A DNA stretch of 64,000 nt, taken from NCBI GenBank assembly GCA_964016885.1, contig OZ024740.1, forward strand, positions 376,650,001 through 376,714,000. The letters are read 5' to 3'. Shown in pieces: positions 13,135-25,123 of this stretch (position 1 is its first letter; every line of letters begins with the position of its first letter). The notes beneath the pieces were generated by a model. That model saw only the letters and a list, made by a program, of their open reading frames with translations. It did not search any database and had not been told where the DNA came from. The position numbers and the translations under genes were made by a program. Source of the DNA: Eledone cirrhosa (Eukaryota).

Positions 13135-13212
13135 AATTGCCTTGTCCGATGAACGAATGAGGACGTTTTTCGTATTCGTCTTATTCGGGAAACCTCTGGT
13201 AATGAGGTAATT
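13135..13212 (+). ncRNA. hammerhead-like ribozyme in inverted Penelope pLTR
   Basis: AAUUGCCUUGU-CCGAUGA-stem II (GAAUGAGGACG/CGUCUUAUUC)-GAA-ACCucuGGU-A/AUGAGGUAAUU. 11-bp stem I. U4>C change in the core. Confidence 0.62.
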
Positions 13213-13223
13213 ATTTATTATAC

Positions 13224-13267
<44 letters not shown>

Positions 13268-13453
13268 TATATAGGAAAATAGTCAGGACCTCGTTCGGAT
13301 CTAGCTGTCGAAACGGCTGGAGCTCAGCCGTCGGGGTCCTGACTGTTTTCCTGTTACCCACTCTACTACCCTATGTATTGGGTACTCTGGTGCGTTATGG
13401 TTCACCTGGTATCTTACCATCTCCTTTTCGTTATATATAATAATAATAATAAG

Positions 13454-14038
13454 GTTCGCTCTACATGGCTGAATATAATAAATGTAATCTGAGTTTTTCG
13501 AATATTAATAATAATATTCGATTCGTTTGCAACTAAAAACAAGCCTCATTTTTAAAGCCATGTCAGTAGAATGATCCCCCCTTTCTTGCTCTTGTGTTGG
13601 CATGTAAACAGAACTGCAGACACTAATGTTTCTGGATATCACCCTTCATCAGTACAGCTGACTGTTCACCTGCCAACTGTCAGAGCTATTGAAAATATAT
13701 GTTATTTTCTAAAATATACAGTGACTGATCGGCCTGATTTGCATATTAGTAGACTGGCTGATCAGTGGGATCTACATATTAGCAGATCCACTGATCAGCC
13801 AGATTTGCATATCAACAGGCCGGCAGGCCAGTCAGTTTCCTGTATACGAGCCATCAATGGGCGGCTTTGTCACATTCAAATAAAAATGTAAAAAATGTTC
13901 GCTCTATATTTCTGAATCCAATAAATGTAATCTGAGTTTTTCGAATATTAATAATAATGTTTGATTCGTTTGCAATCATGCAAACAAGCTTCATTTGTAA
14001 AGCCATGTCAGTAGAATGAGGGACTCATTCTTGCTCTT
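13454..14038 (-). repeat. 443-nt unit with about 140-nt terminal direct repeat and an internal 3x33-bp subrepeat
   Basis: 13454-13593 recurs at 13897-14038. CTGATC(A/G)G...GAT(T/C)T(G/A)CATAT occurs three times at 13725-13823. Confidence 0.85.
13613..13658 (-). ncRNA. minimal type I hammerhead ribozyme
   Basis: Minus strand reads GCUGUA-CUGAUGA-aGGGUgauAUCCa-GAA-ACAUUAGUGU-C/UGCAGU. Full core, 6-bp stem I, near-palindromic stem III, GUC cleavage site. Confidence 0.8.
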
Positions 14039-16359
14039 TAGACATTAACCTGCACCCCACATTGTAACCTTATTACTAAAGCTCGAAACTTGTGGTGCGC
14101 CATTGTATTGATGTACCTGCCTCTCTTTCTTTACAACTGCACTACCCTTCAACCAACATCAGAAAAATATACTAACCCCCAAATATAATACATAAATTAG
14201 TCAAACTTTCTACATCTCAATTTGTAGTTGCCTGAATCATTAGATGCCACAAACTACACTCACTCATTGGGGAATATTGGGACCGAAGGATGCCAATGAC
14301 TAAACATCTACAATATAAGAGCGTACGATAGATAGTCTGCCGGCACTAGTGTGCTTGCATTCTGTATGTAACAACGGGCTATACAACTCTCCGCTATAGT
14401 ACTTGATATGACCGTCAGGCTCGGATTAAAATATACACATGTATACAAATATATTACTTTTATATATCTGTATAGTCGGTTGTGTGTATATGTATATATG
14501 TATATATTTCTGTTGTATATACCCGTGCATCTATGTGAGCACGCGCGTGTTGTCTTTGGTTGTGTGTGACGTGTGTACGTTTATGTGGTTTTGTTTGCAC
14601 GTTTTTGTTTTCTGAAACATAGAACATGCGGTCACTGAAATCTCTATATACCCCACCCATCGACACTACACACACACTCACCTCAATTCACTACAAAGAA
14701 ACGTGGCTACCTTCTTGATGTCTAATTGCGGTTCCAACAGCTACGAAAATAAATTTAGCAGTAAATAATTAAATTTACCAAACTAATTGTTTGACCCATG
14801 TAAATAGTGACGGCTAACCTACTTAGTAACTTTACACTTAGTCTAGTGACCAACTCCGGATGTTTAAACCAGGGTAGTATCTCCAACACCTGGCTTGCGT
14901 ACAGCCACCGGTATGCACATCATATGCTCGTTTGTAGCTGAACTGCTACCATCGTGTTCTAGACAACAGTGGGTATATCAAAAACTAAACATTACAACTT
15001 AACACCTGTCTGTTGAAACACGTCATTGGGTTATTATGCAATCACGTTGATGATTTTGAAATGCGCATTATATAATAAACACATGATGTATGCATATATC
15101 GGTCCCTCTTTAATATGTATATAAGTATATACATCTGCAATATATAGATGTGTAAACAAGCCAGACATTCCTATTTACCTGTAAATCGAGAAAGGTTAAA
15201 CATCTTTCATCAATTTTCGGACCTTATATATATATATATATATATATAAACTTCCATTCATTTACGTGAATCAAATAGCTAAAGTTCTTTCTACGAAAAA
15301 CTCGTGGCCACCCTTTTCTTTTTCTCTCTTTCATTCGACTTACTATTATTAATAAATTCACGTGGAATTCACATTTCAAATCCAATATTCTACGAGAGAA
15401 ATTGTCGTGTAATTGATACATGGGTATATAAAAGAGATGATAATTGCATGGTATGAATATATGTGATCATTGATTTTTCTCCGGATATTATACGTGTTGC
15501 ATAATTGGATGTCATAATACTATATGCTGTTACTAATATATCTAATTTGAAATTGTGGTCTTTTCTTCCGATTTCTATGCAATATATTAACAAGCACAAC
15601 TTGACAGCAAACTGGAAAATATATTTTCGTATATTATGATATATATAGCCTGGATAATGCCAAATATATAGTTCTAATATGTAACAGTCAACGAAATTAT
15701 AAAACCAAAAGGTTATTTAACATTTACACCCATAGTAGGTATATGCGATGTATGTCTGTATCTATACATATACATTGTTCATGAATTACCGTTGCATCAA
15801 TGTTTGTTTATCCTATTAGTCCAGTGGACACTTCTTACACATATGTGATGAAATAAATAGAGTCATTGATGACGGGTCCAATGTATCATTTTAAAAGGTA
15901 CTTTACTGGGTTCTTCCGTCAATCCTTTCGCCAATCAAACCACCCAACTCTATAAATTTCGGGAAACATCAATGCCAAACTTTAAGCGAACACAAAATAC
16001 TTATTGCTAACATACTTGACGCGAACTGATGTATTGTGTTTTAAATGGCAGAGCATACTGACAACATTATGAGTCGATGCGTAACAATATATAAAAGTGT
16101 CTTATTTGACATAGACCTAGATAATTCCAAACAAATATTAGTTTTGCAAATATGTAAGTGTTATTTAGACAACTGTTAAGATATTAATAATACATAAAAC
16201 ATCATCCTACTGTCATAGTGCAGGGGGAAACATCATAACCATTTAGAAAATACAACCAAGATTAAATGGCGTCATTATTATCCGGATTTGACTAACACTA
16301 TACAACCGTAGTGTTATTTCTTTATATATACACAATAAAGGTAACATTCTTCTTCTTCT

Positions 16360-19207
16360 TATTATTATTATTATTAATAATATTATTATTATTATTATTA
16401 TTACAGTTGCATTTATCTTGCTTTATGTTCATACGAGTTATCACCAAGTCACAACCAGTGACCTCAAGAGACAACAAGGTCCGCCATGTTCAAAAAAGAA
16501 CATACATACTCACACATGCATCTTTAGTGTTTAGATTTGTGATGTACTTATATTGACAGAATATTCCTTAGTATATGGTCAGTTCCCATTAGTACTATCT
16601 TTCGTATTTCTCCTATACGCGGGTTTCCTCGGATTTGCGATAAGTAATCATTAGACCCCTTAGGTATCATTCCCAGAGCGCCTACAACCACTGGTATTGT
16701 TTTAGTTCTCAATTTCCACATTTTTCCAATTTCTATCTCCAGGTCCTTATACTTGCTCAATTTTTTAAATGTTTTTATAGATACATTCTTGTCTATTGGA
16801 ACGGACATATCAATTAGCAGGCATACCCTCTTTTTAAAGTCCTTCAATATTATATCAGGTCTATTTGCATCTATTTTTCGGTCTGTTTGGATGCTAAAGT
16901 TCCACAAGATTGAGATGTGATCTTTTTCAAGTATGGGAGGTGGTTGATGCTCCACCATTTCTTTTGATGGGGCAGGTCAAAATGTTTACACATTATCCAA
17001 TGTATGTATTGTGCAGCTCTGTCATGCCTGTTTAGGTATTCGGTTGGAGCTATAGGACTGCACATTGAAATTATATGGTCAATGGTCTCTGGTTGTTTTT
17101 TGCATACACGGCATAATGGGCTGCATCCATTTTTTATTATGTTGGCTTGGTAATTTTTTGTTGGCAGACACTGATCTTGTGCGGATATAATCAGTCCTTC
17201 AGTCTCCGATTTCAGTCCAGAGGATGCCAACCACTGATGGGTTAACGTTTTGTCAACATCAGGATTGTTAGCTCGTTCTGGGTATTTTCCATACAGAGGC
17301 TTTTCTTGCCATTTCTTAGCCAGTTTCTGTAGCAGTTCTTTCTTTGCAGTTACTTTTACTGGCTTTGCTTTTTCTGTGTTTTCCATTTCAGCAGTAAATG
17401 GGACTTCTGAAATTTGTAGTCCATTACTGTATCTTTGTGCATCTTTTGTAATGGAATATGATCTTTTGATGCTTTCGTGTTTCAAAACGAGTTTGATCAT
17501 CCAATCATGTGATTCCCTTAGATATGTAGATAATCCAATTGTTGCAGTTTTCAACGCAATGTCTAACTGGACTAACCCACGTTCTCCTTCTTTCCCAGGG
17601 AGATATATTCTATCTCTATCTGCCTTAGGGTGATGCATTCTGTGCATGGTTAAGAATTTTCTAATTTTTGTATCGAGCCTACGGATCTCTGTGCTTGACC
17701 AGTTGATGACATTGTAACTGTAGGTTACTACTGGTATGGCAAGCGTGTTTATGGCATCGATCCTATTCCTTGCATTCAATTCCGTTCTTAAGATTGCTCT
17801 TACTCTGCGGTAACATTCCTTCCTTATCCTTTCCCTCATTGTCGAGTGCTTGATTCCGTCTCCTTCACAAACACCTAGATATTTGTAAGTTTTTTCTTGA
17901 TCAAGTTCTCTTATCACGTTCCCCGATCAAGATTAATGTCTGAACTCTTCAGCAGCTTTCCTCTGGTGAACGTTGCTTTGGCGCATTTATATAGTCCAAA
18001 CTCCATTTTAATGTCATCACTGAACTGCTCCACAGTGGATAATAGCCCTTGCAATTGTTCATCACTTTTTGCAAATAGTTTCAGGTCATCCATGTAGAAC
18101 AGGCGATTAATGGTTTTGTCATAGACTTTATATACATGTTTTGTTTCATTGAGCATGTTACCTAATGGTATAAGTGTGATGCAGAATAAAAGCGGTGATA
18201 AAGAATCACCCTGAAAAATTCCACAATTAATATTAACTTCTCCAGCTTCCAGTGATTTTGTTTCACTATTCAAAAGGAGTGTCGTTTTCCATGTCTTCAT
18301 ACTGAATGACAAAAACCTCCTGACAACGGGGGATATTTTGAAAATCTTTAAACATTTTTCAATCCAACTGTGTGGCAAACTATCGAATGCTTTTTTATAA
18401 TCTATCCAAGCAATCGATAGATTTTTGTGTCTATTATGACAATCTTCCAGTATCATTTTGTTAACCAGAAGCTGATCCTTACAGCGATATGAGCCTCGTT
18501 TACACCCTTTCTGCTCAATGGGAAATAGGTCATTTGTTATCAGGTGGTCATATGTGTATTCAGTTAGGACGGATGTTAACATTTTATACATTGTGGTCAA
18601 GCAAGTTATCGGTCTGTAATTTTTGGGATTGTTTGTCTCATCATTCTTTGGAAGCAGGAATGTAATGCCGTTAACTAGTCATGATGGTATCTTTTCTGGC
18701 TCCTTAACTATTTCATTGTAAAGTTGGGCTAACAGCTCATGAGACTCTGTGAAGGCATTTATCCAAAAGTTTTGTATTTTGTCTTTTCCTGGGGATTTCC
18801 ATTTGCTGGTTTTTCTTAGAGCCAAGCGCAACTGTTCAACTGTTATATTTTCCCATATTTGTTCCTCAAGGTGAGCTGTATCTTTCATTTGTCTGTCTAT
18901 CCATGGGGCATGTATGTTATGAACTTTTTCTTCGGCCCAGATCTTTTCCCAGAATTCTTGCACTTCCTCCTTGGGTGGTATTGATTTAGCAGTTATTGTT
19001 GACTTACCAATTTTTGTGTAGAAGTTTCTTTGGTTGTTTTTGAATATATTATTGTCCTTATAGAATCTAGATCGTTTTTCAAAGCGCCTTATACGAGCAG
19101 CTTTGGCCGACACTTTTTGCTTGATTATTTCTATCAGCATGTCTATGTCACTTGTTGATTTTCGTTTTTCAAAGCGCCTTATACGAGCAGCTTTGGCCGA
19201 CACTTTT
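16360..19207 (-). mobile_element. 5'-truncated R4/Dong-like retrotransposon, family 1, pseudogenised
   Basis: Closely matches 20262-23018. RT (QGDSLSP, YMDD), CCHC and RPD..D..K.SKY endonuclease motifs. TGG>TGA at 18679 and 1-nt deletions near 17921 and 16951. (TAA)n tail at 16360-16402. Confidence 0.9.
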
Positions 19208-20240
19208 ATTATTATTATTATTATTATTACTATTATTATTACTATTGTTATTCCTTGAGTCTCAGTCATTGATGTTAGTTAACTGGAAAGTCCGTTGGAA
19301 TGAATATCAAGCCACTACCTGCAGCCTCAGATATTCAGGACGTATCGGAGGGTTCTTGCTGTTTCCAGCAAGCATGCCTTTTGAAGCGTTCCAAAAAGCG
19401 TGAAGGGGCCGATTTTCTTTAACCATCCCTGGAAACTTTTGGAGATAGTCCCCAGTGCGCCTATGACAATCGGGATCACTTTGACTTCATGGCAGTTCCA
19501 AATCCTTTTTACCTCCCACTTTAAGTCCTGGTATCGGTTAATATTCTCCCTCTCCTTCTCTTGCACTCTCGTGTCGAATTGGCAGGCCACATCCACAATC
19601 AGACACGATCTTTTATCTTTGTCCACAACCACCAGGTCAGGTCTATCGTGTTCCAGTTTCTTGTCCGTCTGTATCCTAAAATGCCACAGCACCTTCACCT
19701 GATCGTTCTCTATCACCGCCTCTGGCTTATGCTCATACCATTTCTCAGAATGTGGTAAATTGTTTACTTTGCACAGGTGCCAGTGGATCACCCTGCCCAT
19801 CACATCATGTCTGCAGCCCTTATAGTGGGTCTGGGCTAGGTGTTTACACTTGGATACAATGTGAGCCACAGTCTCCTCTCTCTCTCCACAGATCCTGCAC
19901 AGTGGGCTAGTCTCCTCCTTGTAAATATGGTGTTTCAACCACTTCGTTTTGAGGGCCTGCTCCTGCGCAGCCATTAACATTCCTTCTGTAGCCTTTTTAA
20001 GGTCTCCTCTTCTCAACCAGTTCCATGTCTGTGGATCTCTAAATTCAGTTTTCTCAAAGTAGGTACTATGAAGGGATTTTTCCTGAAGGCTGGTCTTTCT
20101 CCTTGATGTTATTTCCTCCTTGGACATCCCCTGGCCTATTGTCCCCTCTTTCAGTACAGTTCTGAGCATTGGCTCCTTACTATCAGTCACGTATTTGTGT
20201 AGGTTGTTTTTCTCCATCTGAACACGGTCCTCTATGCTGA
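19207..20240 (-). mobile_element. 5'-truncated R4/Dong-like retrotransposon, family 3
   Basis: Open ORF 19327-20217 with AAQEQAL, CRICGEREETVAHIVSKC, RHD, RPDLVV..IVDVA..RYQDL. (TAA)n tail at 19207-19251. Clearly diverged from family 1. Confidence 0.88.
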
Positions 20241-23200
20241 TATTATTATTATTATTATTATTTGCATTTATCTTGCTTTATGTTTATACGAGTTATCACC
20301 AAGTCACAACCAGTGACCTCAAGAGACAACAAGGTCCGCCATGTTCAAGAAAGAACACACATATTCACACATGCATCCTTAGTGTTTAGACTTGTGATGT
20401 ACTTATATTGACAGGAACTTCCTTAGTATATGGGCAGTTCCCATTAGTACTATCTTTTGTATTTCTCCTATACGCGGGTTTCCTGGGATTTGCGATAAGT
20501 AGTCGTTAGACCCCTTAGGTATCATTCCCAGAGCGCCTACAACCACTGGTATTGTTTTAGTTCTCAATTTCCACATTTTTCCAATTTCTATCTCCAGGTC
20601 CTTATACTTGCTAAATTTTTTAAATGTTTTTATAGATACATTCTTGTCTATTGGAACAGACATATCAATTAGCAGGCATACCCTCCTTTGAAAGTCCTTC
20701 AATATTATATCAGGTCTATTTGCATCTATTTTTCGGTCTGTTTGGATGCTAAAGTTCCACAAGATTGAGATGTGATCTTTTTCAAGTATGGGAGGTGGTT
20801 GATGCTCCCACCAATTCTTTTGATGGGGCAGGTCAAAATGCTTACACATTATCCAATGTATGTATTGTGCAGCTCTGTCATGCCTGTTTAGGTATTCGGT
20901 TGGAGCTATAGGACTGCACATTGAAATTATATGGTCAATGGTCTCTGGTTGTTTTTTGCATACAAGGCATAATGGGCTGCACCCATTTTTTATTATGTTG
21001 GCTTGGTAATTTTTTGTTGGCAGATACTGATCTTGTGCGGATATAATCAGTCCTTCAGTCTCCGATTTCAGTCCAGAGGATGCCAACCACTGATGGGTTA
21101 AAGTTTTGTCAACATCAGGATTGTTAGCTCGCTCTGGGTATTTTCCATACAGAGGCTTTTCTTGCCATTTCTTAGCCAGTTTCTGTAGCAGTTCTTTCTT
21201 TGCAGTTACTTTTACCTGCTTTGCTTTTTCTGTGTTTTCCATTTCAGCAGTAAATGGGACTTCTGAAATTTGTAGTCCATTACTGTATCTTTGTGCATCT
21301 TTTGTAATGGAATATAATCTTTTGGTGCTTTCGTGTTTCAAAACGAGTTTGATCATCCAATCATGTGATTCCCTTAGATATGTAGATAATCCAATTGTTG
21401 CAGTTTTCAACGCAATGTCTAACTGGATTAACCCACGTCCTCCTTCTTTGCTAGGGAGATATATTCTATCTATGTCTGCCTTAGGGTGATGCATTCTGTG
21501 CATGGTTAAGAATTTTCGGATTTTTGTATCGAGCCTACGGATCTCTGTGCTTGACCAGTTGATGACATTGTAACTATAGGTTACTACTGGTATGGCAAGC
21601 GTGTTTATGGCATCGATCCTATTCCTTGCATTCAATTCCGTTCTTAAGATTGCTCTGACTCTGCGGTAACATTCCTTCCTTATCCTTTCCCTCATTGTCG
21701 AGTGCTTGATTCCGTCTCCTTCACAAACACCTAGATATTTGTAAGTTTGTTCTTGATCAAGCTCTCTTATCACGTTCCCCCGATCAAGATTAATGTCTGA
21801 ACTCTTCAGCAGCTTTCCTCTGGTGAACGTTGCTTTGGCGCATTTATCCAGTCCAAACTCCATTTTAATGTCATCACTGAACTGCTTCACAGTGGATAAT
21901 AGCCCTTGCAATTGTTCATCATTTTTTGCGAATAGTTTCAGGTCATCCATGTAGAACAGGTGATTAATGGTTTTGTCATAGACTCTATATCCATGATTTG
22001 TTTCATTGAGCATTTTACTTAATGGTATAAGTGCGATGCAGAATAAAAGCGGTGATAAAGAGTCACCCTGAAAAATTCCACAATTAATGTTAACTTCTCC
22101 AGCTTCCAGTGATTTTGTTTCACTATTCAAAAAGAGTGTCGTTCTCCATGTCCTCATACTGAATGACAAAAACCTCCTGACAACGGGGGATATTTTGAAA
22201 ATCTCTAAACATTTTTCAATCCAACTGTGTGGCAAACTATCAAATGCTTTTTTATAATCTATCCAAGCAATCGATAGATTTTTGTGTCTATTATGACAAT
22301 CTTCCAGTATCATTTTGTTAACCAGAAGCTGATCCTTACAGCTATATGAGCCTCGTTTACACCCTTTCTGCTCAATGGGAAATAGGTCATTTGTTATCAG
22401 GTGGTCATATGTGTATTCAGTTAGGACTGATGTTAAAATTTTATACATTGTGGTCAAGCAGGTTATCGGTCTGTAATTTTTGGGATTGTTTGTCTCATCA
22501 TTCTTCGGTAGCAGGAATGTAATGCCGTTAACTAGCCATGATGGTATCTTTTCTGGCTCCTTAACTATTTCATTGTAAAGTTGGGCTAACATCTCATGAG
22601 ACTCTGTGAAGGCATTTATCCAAAAGTTTTGTATTTTGTCTTTTCCTGGGGATTTCTATTTGCTGGTTTTTCTTAGAGCCAAGCGCAGCTGTTCAACTGT
22701 TATATTTTCCCATGTTTGTTCTTCAAGGTGAGCTGTTTCTTTCATTTGTCTGTCTATCCATGGGGCATGTATGTTATGAACTTTTTCTTCGGCCCAGATC
22801 TTTTCCCAGAATTCTTGCACTTCCTCCTTGGGTGGTATTGATTTAGCAGTTATTGTTGACTTACCAATTTTTCTGTAGAAGTTTCTTTGGTTGTTTCTGA
22901 ACATATTATTGTCCTTATAGAATCTAGATCGTTTTTCAAAGCGCCTTATACGAGCAGCTTTGGCCGACACTTTTTGCTTGATTGTTTCTATCAGCATGTC
23001 TATGTCACATGTTGATCTTATACTGTACTTTTTTTTCAATTTTCTAAGTTTAGTTTGTTTAACATGTTCACCTACTTTATAGTTTGTTAAAATTTCTATG
23101 TCAGATCGGAGAAGGTTTATTTGGCGATTGATGTTATCTTGCCAAGTAGATTTCTTGTGGGAATTCCTTTGTTTTTTCATCTTCACTCCACATAAGTGAG

Positions 23201-24230
23201 TGGTGACTTTAGCCGATGCATAATAGAGATGATTTAAGTCAGTAATGTTTATTTTGTTTGTGATGATAATGTTTTTGAGAATTATGTTAGTCTTGTGTAT
23301 TATCTTTTGGTTCTGTTTGGAGTTCTGGATCTTAGGGAGGGTGTCTCGTTCCCCCATGTCAGATTCTTTCATTTTCATCCATTCGATCATAATTTCATCC
23401 TTCAAGTTGGCAAGTTCATTCTCATTCATTTCTTTATCATTTACGATCTCATTATTTTCATTTGGAGTTTCATCCTGAGCATGCACTCCCTCCACTTTTT
23501 CGCTCCTTTCTTTAATTTGTTCTGTTGCCAGTGATTCCGCCCCAACTCTGGGAATCGAAGTGTTACAGTTTACCTCGTTTTCACTGACACATGCTTCATT
23601 TTCCCTTCGCTGACTTTGTGCTACTAGCTTGATCTGATCAATTTCTATATCAGTTAGTAAGTTTTTTCTTACAATATTTCTTCGTATATTGGCTAGTTTG
23701 TTACTGTCAATATAGCCTCTGTTTTCGGGATGTTTCTTTTTCCAGTTGATATATGTTTGCTCTGTATTCGATGTATTTGACGGGTAGTACATGGCAGTGT
23801 AGAAAGCCTCAAGGACTTCTTTATTATCTTCCCTTGACCATTTTTCTCTCTTTTTCTTTGGATTTCTTGGTGGTGAGCATGGACGGCCAACAGTAGGAGT
23901 ATTCCGGTTATTGGAGGTCTCCAGCTCCGAAGTGATGGGAAGGTTTGAACCATTAGCTGATTTTTCGACCCCAGTCTGGTTCCTCTCTGAGGGACGCGGC
24001 CCTTTTTTACCCGGGTGACGGCCGATCCGGTATGAGATTTCATCATTAGACATCTACTTTATTTTGTCGCGTTTTATCCTTATCCGCCAAGGGGTAATCT
24101 TTTCGTGTTACCACTTCTAGAACGAGTGTCAACCAAGACTAGAGGGGTCGTTCTCCCCTAGAGACATGGCTATTCCCCGCCGGCCGCCATCCCGGTATTT
24201 CTTGGTCACGGGGTTTTCTTTTTGTTGTTT
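20241..24230 (-). mobile_element. full-length R4/Dong-like non-LTR retrotransposon, family 1
   Basis: About 170-nt GC-rich 5' UTR, a single long frame, about 140-nt 3' UTR, and a (TAA)n tail at 20241-20262. Confidence 0.9.
20403..24053 (-). pseudogene. RT-CCHC-restriction-like endonuclease polyprotein (1216 codons) with one premature stop
   Basis: ORFs 22656-24053 and 20403-22592 are in the same frame, separated by 63 nt. TAG at 22656-22658 corresponds to TGG in the sister copy. Motifs NYRPITCL, DYKKAFDS, QGDSLSP, YMDD, YKYLG, CLVC..H....C, RHD, RPD. Confidence 0.9.
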
Positions 24231-25123
24231 TTTTTAAATTGTTATTATCATGAGTGGTTCCTTAATGTGAGCATTGCGTGGCTTAAGAATGAAATTATTA
24301 ATAATTGTCTCCACTCCAGGGACAAGGCCAGCAATCACCCAGTGCATTACAATAATATAATATACTTTTTGTTGTAGTTGGCTGTTATTGCTGCTGGCTA
24401 TGTCGGTGGTGGTGCCGGGGCTTTTTATATTGTTGGTGAGGAAGGGGTGAGCCAGCAGTCCCATAATTGTTGATGTAGACGTTTGTCCGTGGCAAGGTCA
24501 CCAAGTCAATCTATTTATATCTTTTGCTAGCCTCTCTCTTGTCTAGTGCTACCACCACCTTCCCTTTTCTCTCTCAAGTTAACAGGGGAATAGTGTCAGT
24601 AGCATTGAATGAGTGGTGGCGGCGATGATGGATGTGGTGGGGTGGGGCAGCGGTGGTATTGTGGTTACTGATATAGTATCTATGAGTTTGTGTTCGTATG
24701 TTTAATATATATTTTCATTATATTTTGTGTTGACATATTCCCGTAAAATTTGAATTAAACATTTTTTAAAATTTGAGACAATAATAATAGTAATTATTAT
24801 TATGATGCCGGTGAAGTTGCCGTTATATTTAGTGTGATGGGATAGGTAGTGTATCAAGTTTCTGGTGTTGGTGAAATTGAAATTGCCGCTGTTCTATATA
24901 GTGTAGACAGAGGGTGTTTTGTTCCATTTATAACCATTTTCTTTTTTTGAATACAAAATATATAATACAAAATTGAATATTTGAGCGATACAACAATATA
25001 ATATGGATCCGAAACTTTATGGGACCTCATTCGGTGCCTTTATGCAACATTTGTGCTAAGAATTGTTCTTTCACAATTGATTTAAATATGTTAAAAATCA
25101 ATTATTATTATTATTATTATTTT

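Noticed and set aside
13725-13823. CRISPR-like 33-bp periodic repeats
   Set aside because: Three degenerate adjacent units with no unique spacers, no cas genes, and a eukaryotic context.
17250-17633. Antisense ORF, also 21106-21489, 19400-19702 and 1412-1924
   Set aside because: Shadow frames of retrotransposon ORFs, duplicated only because the elements are.
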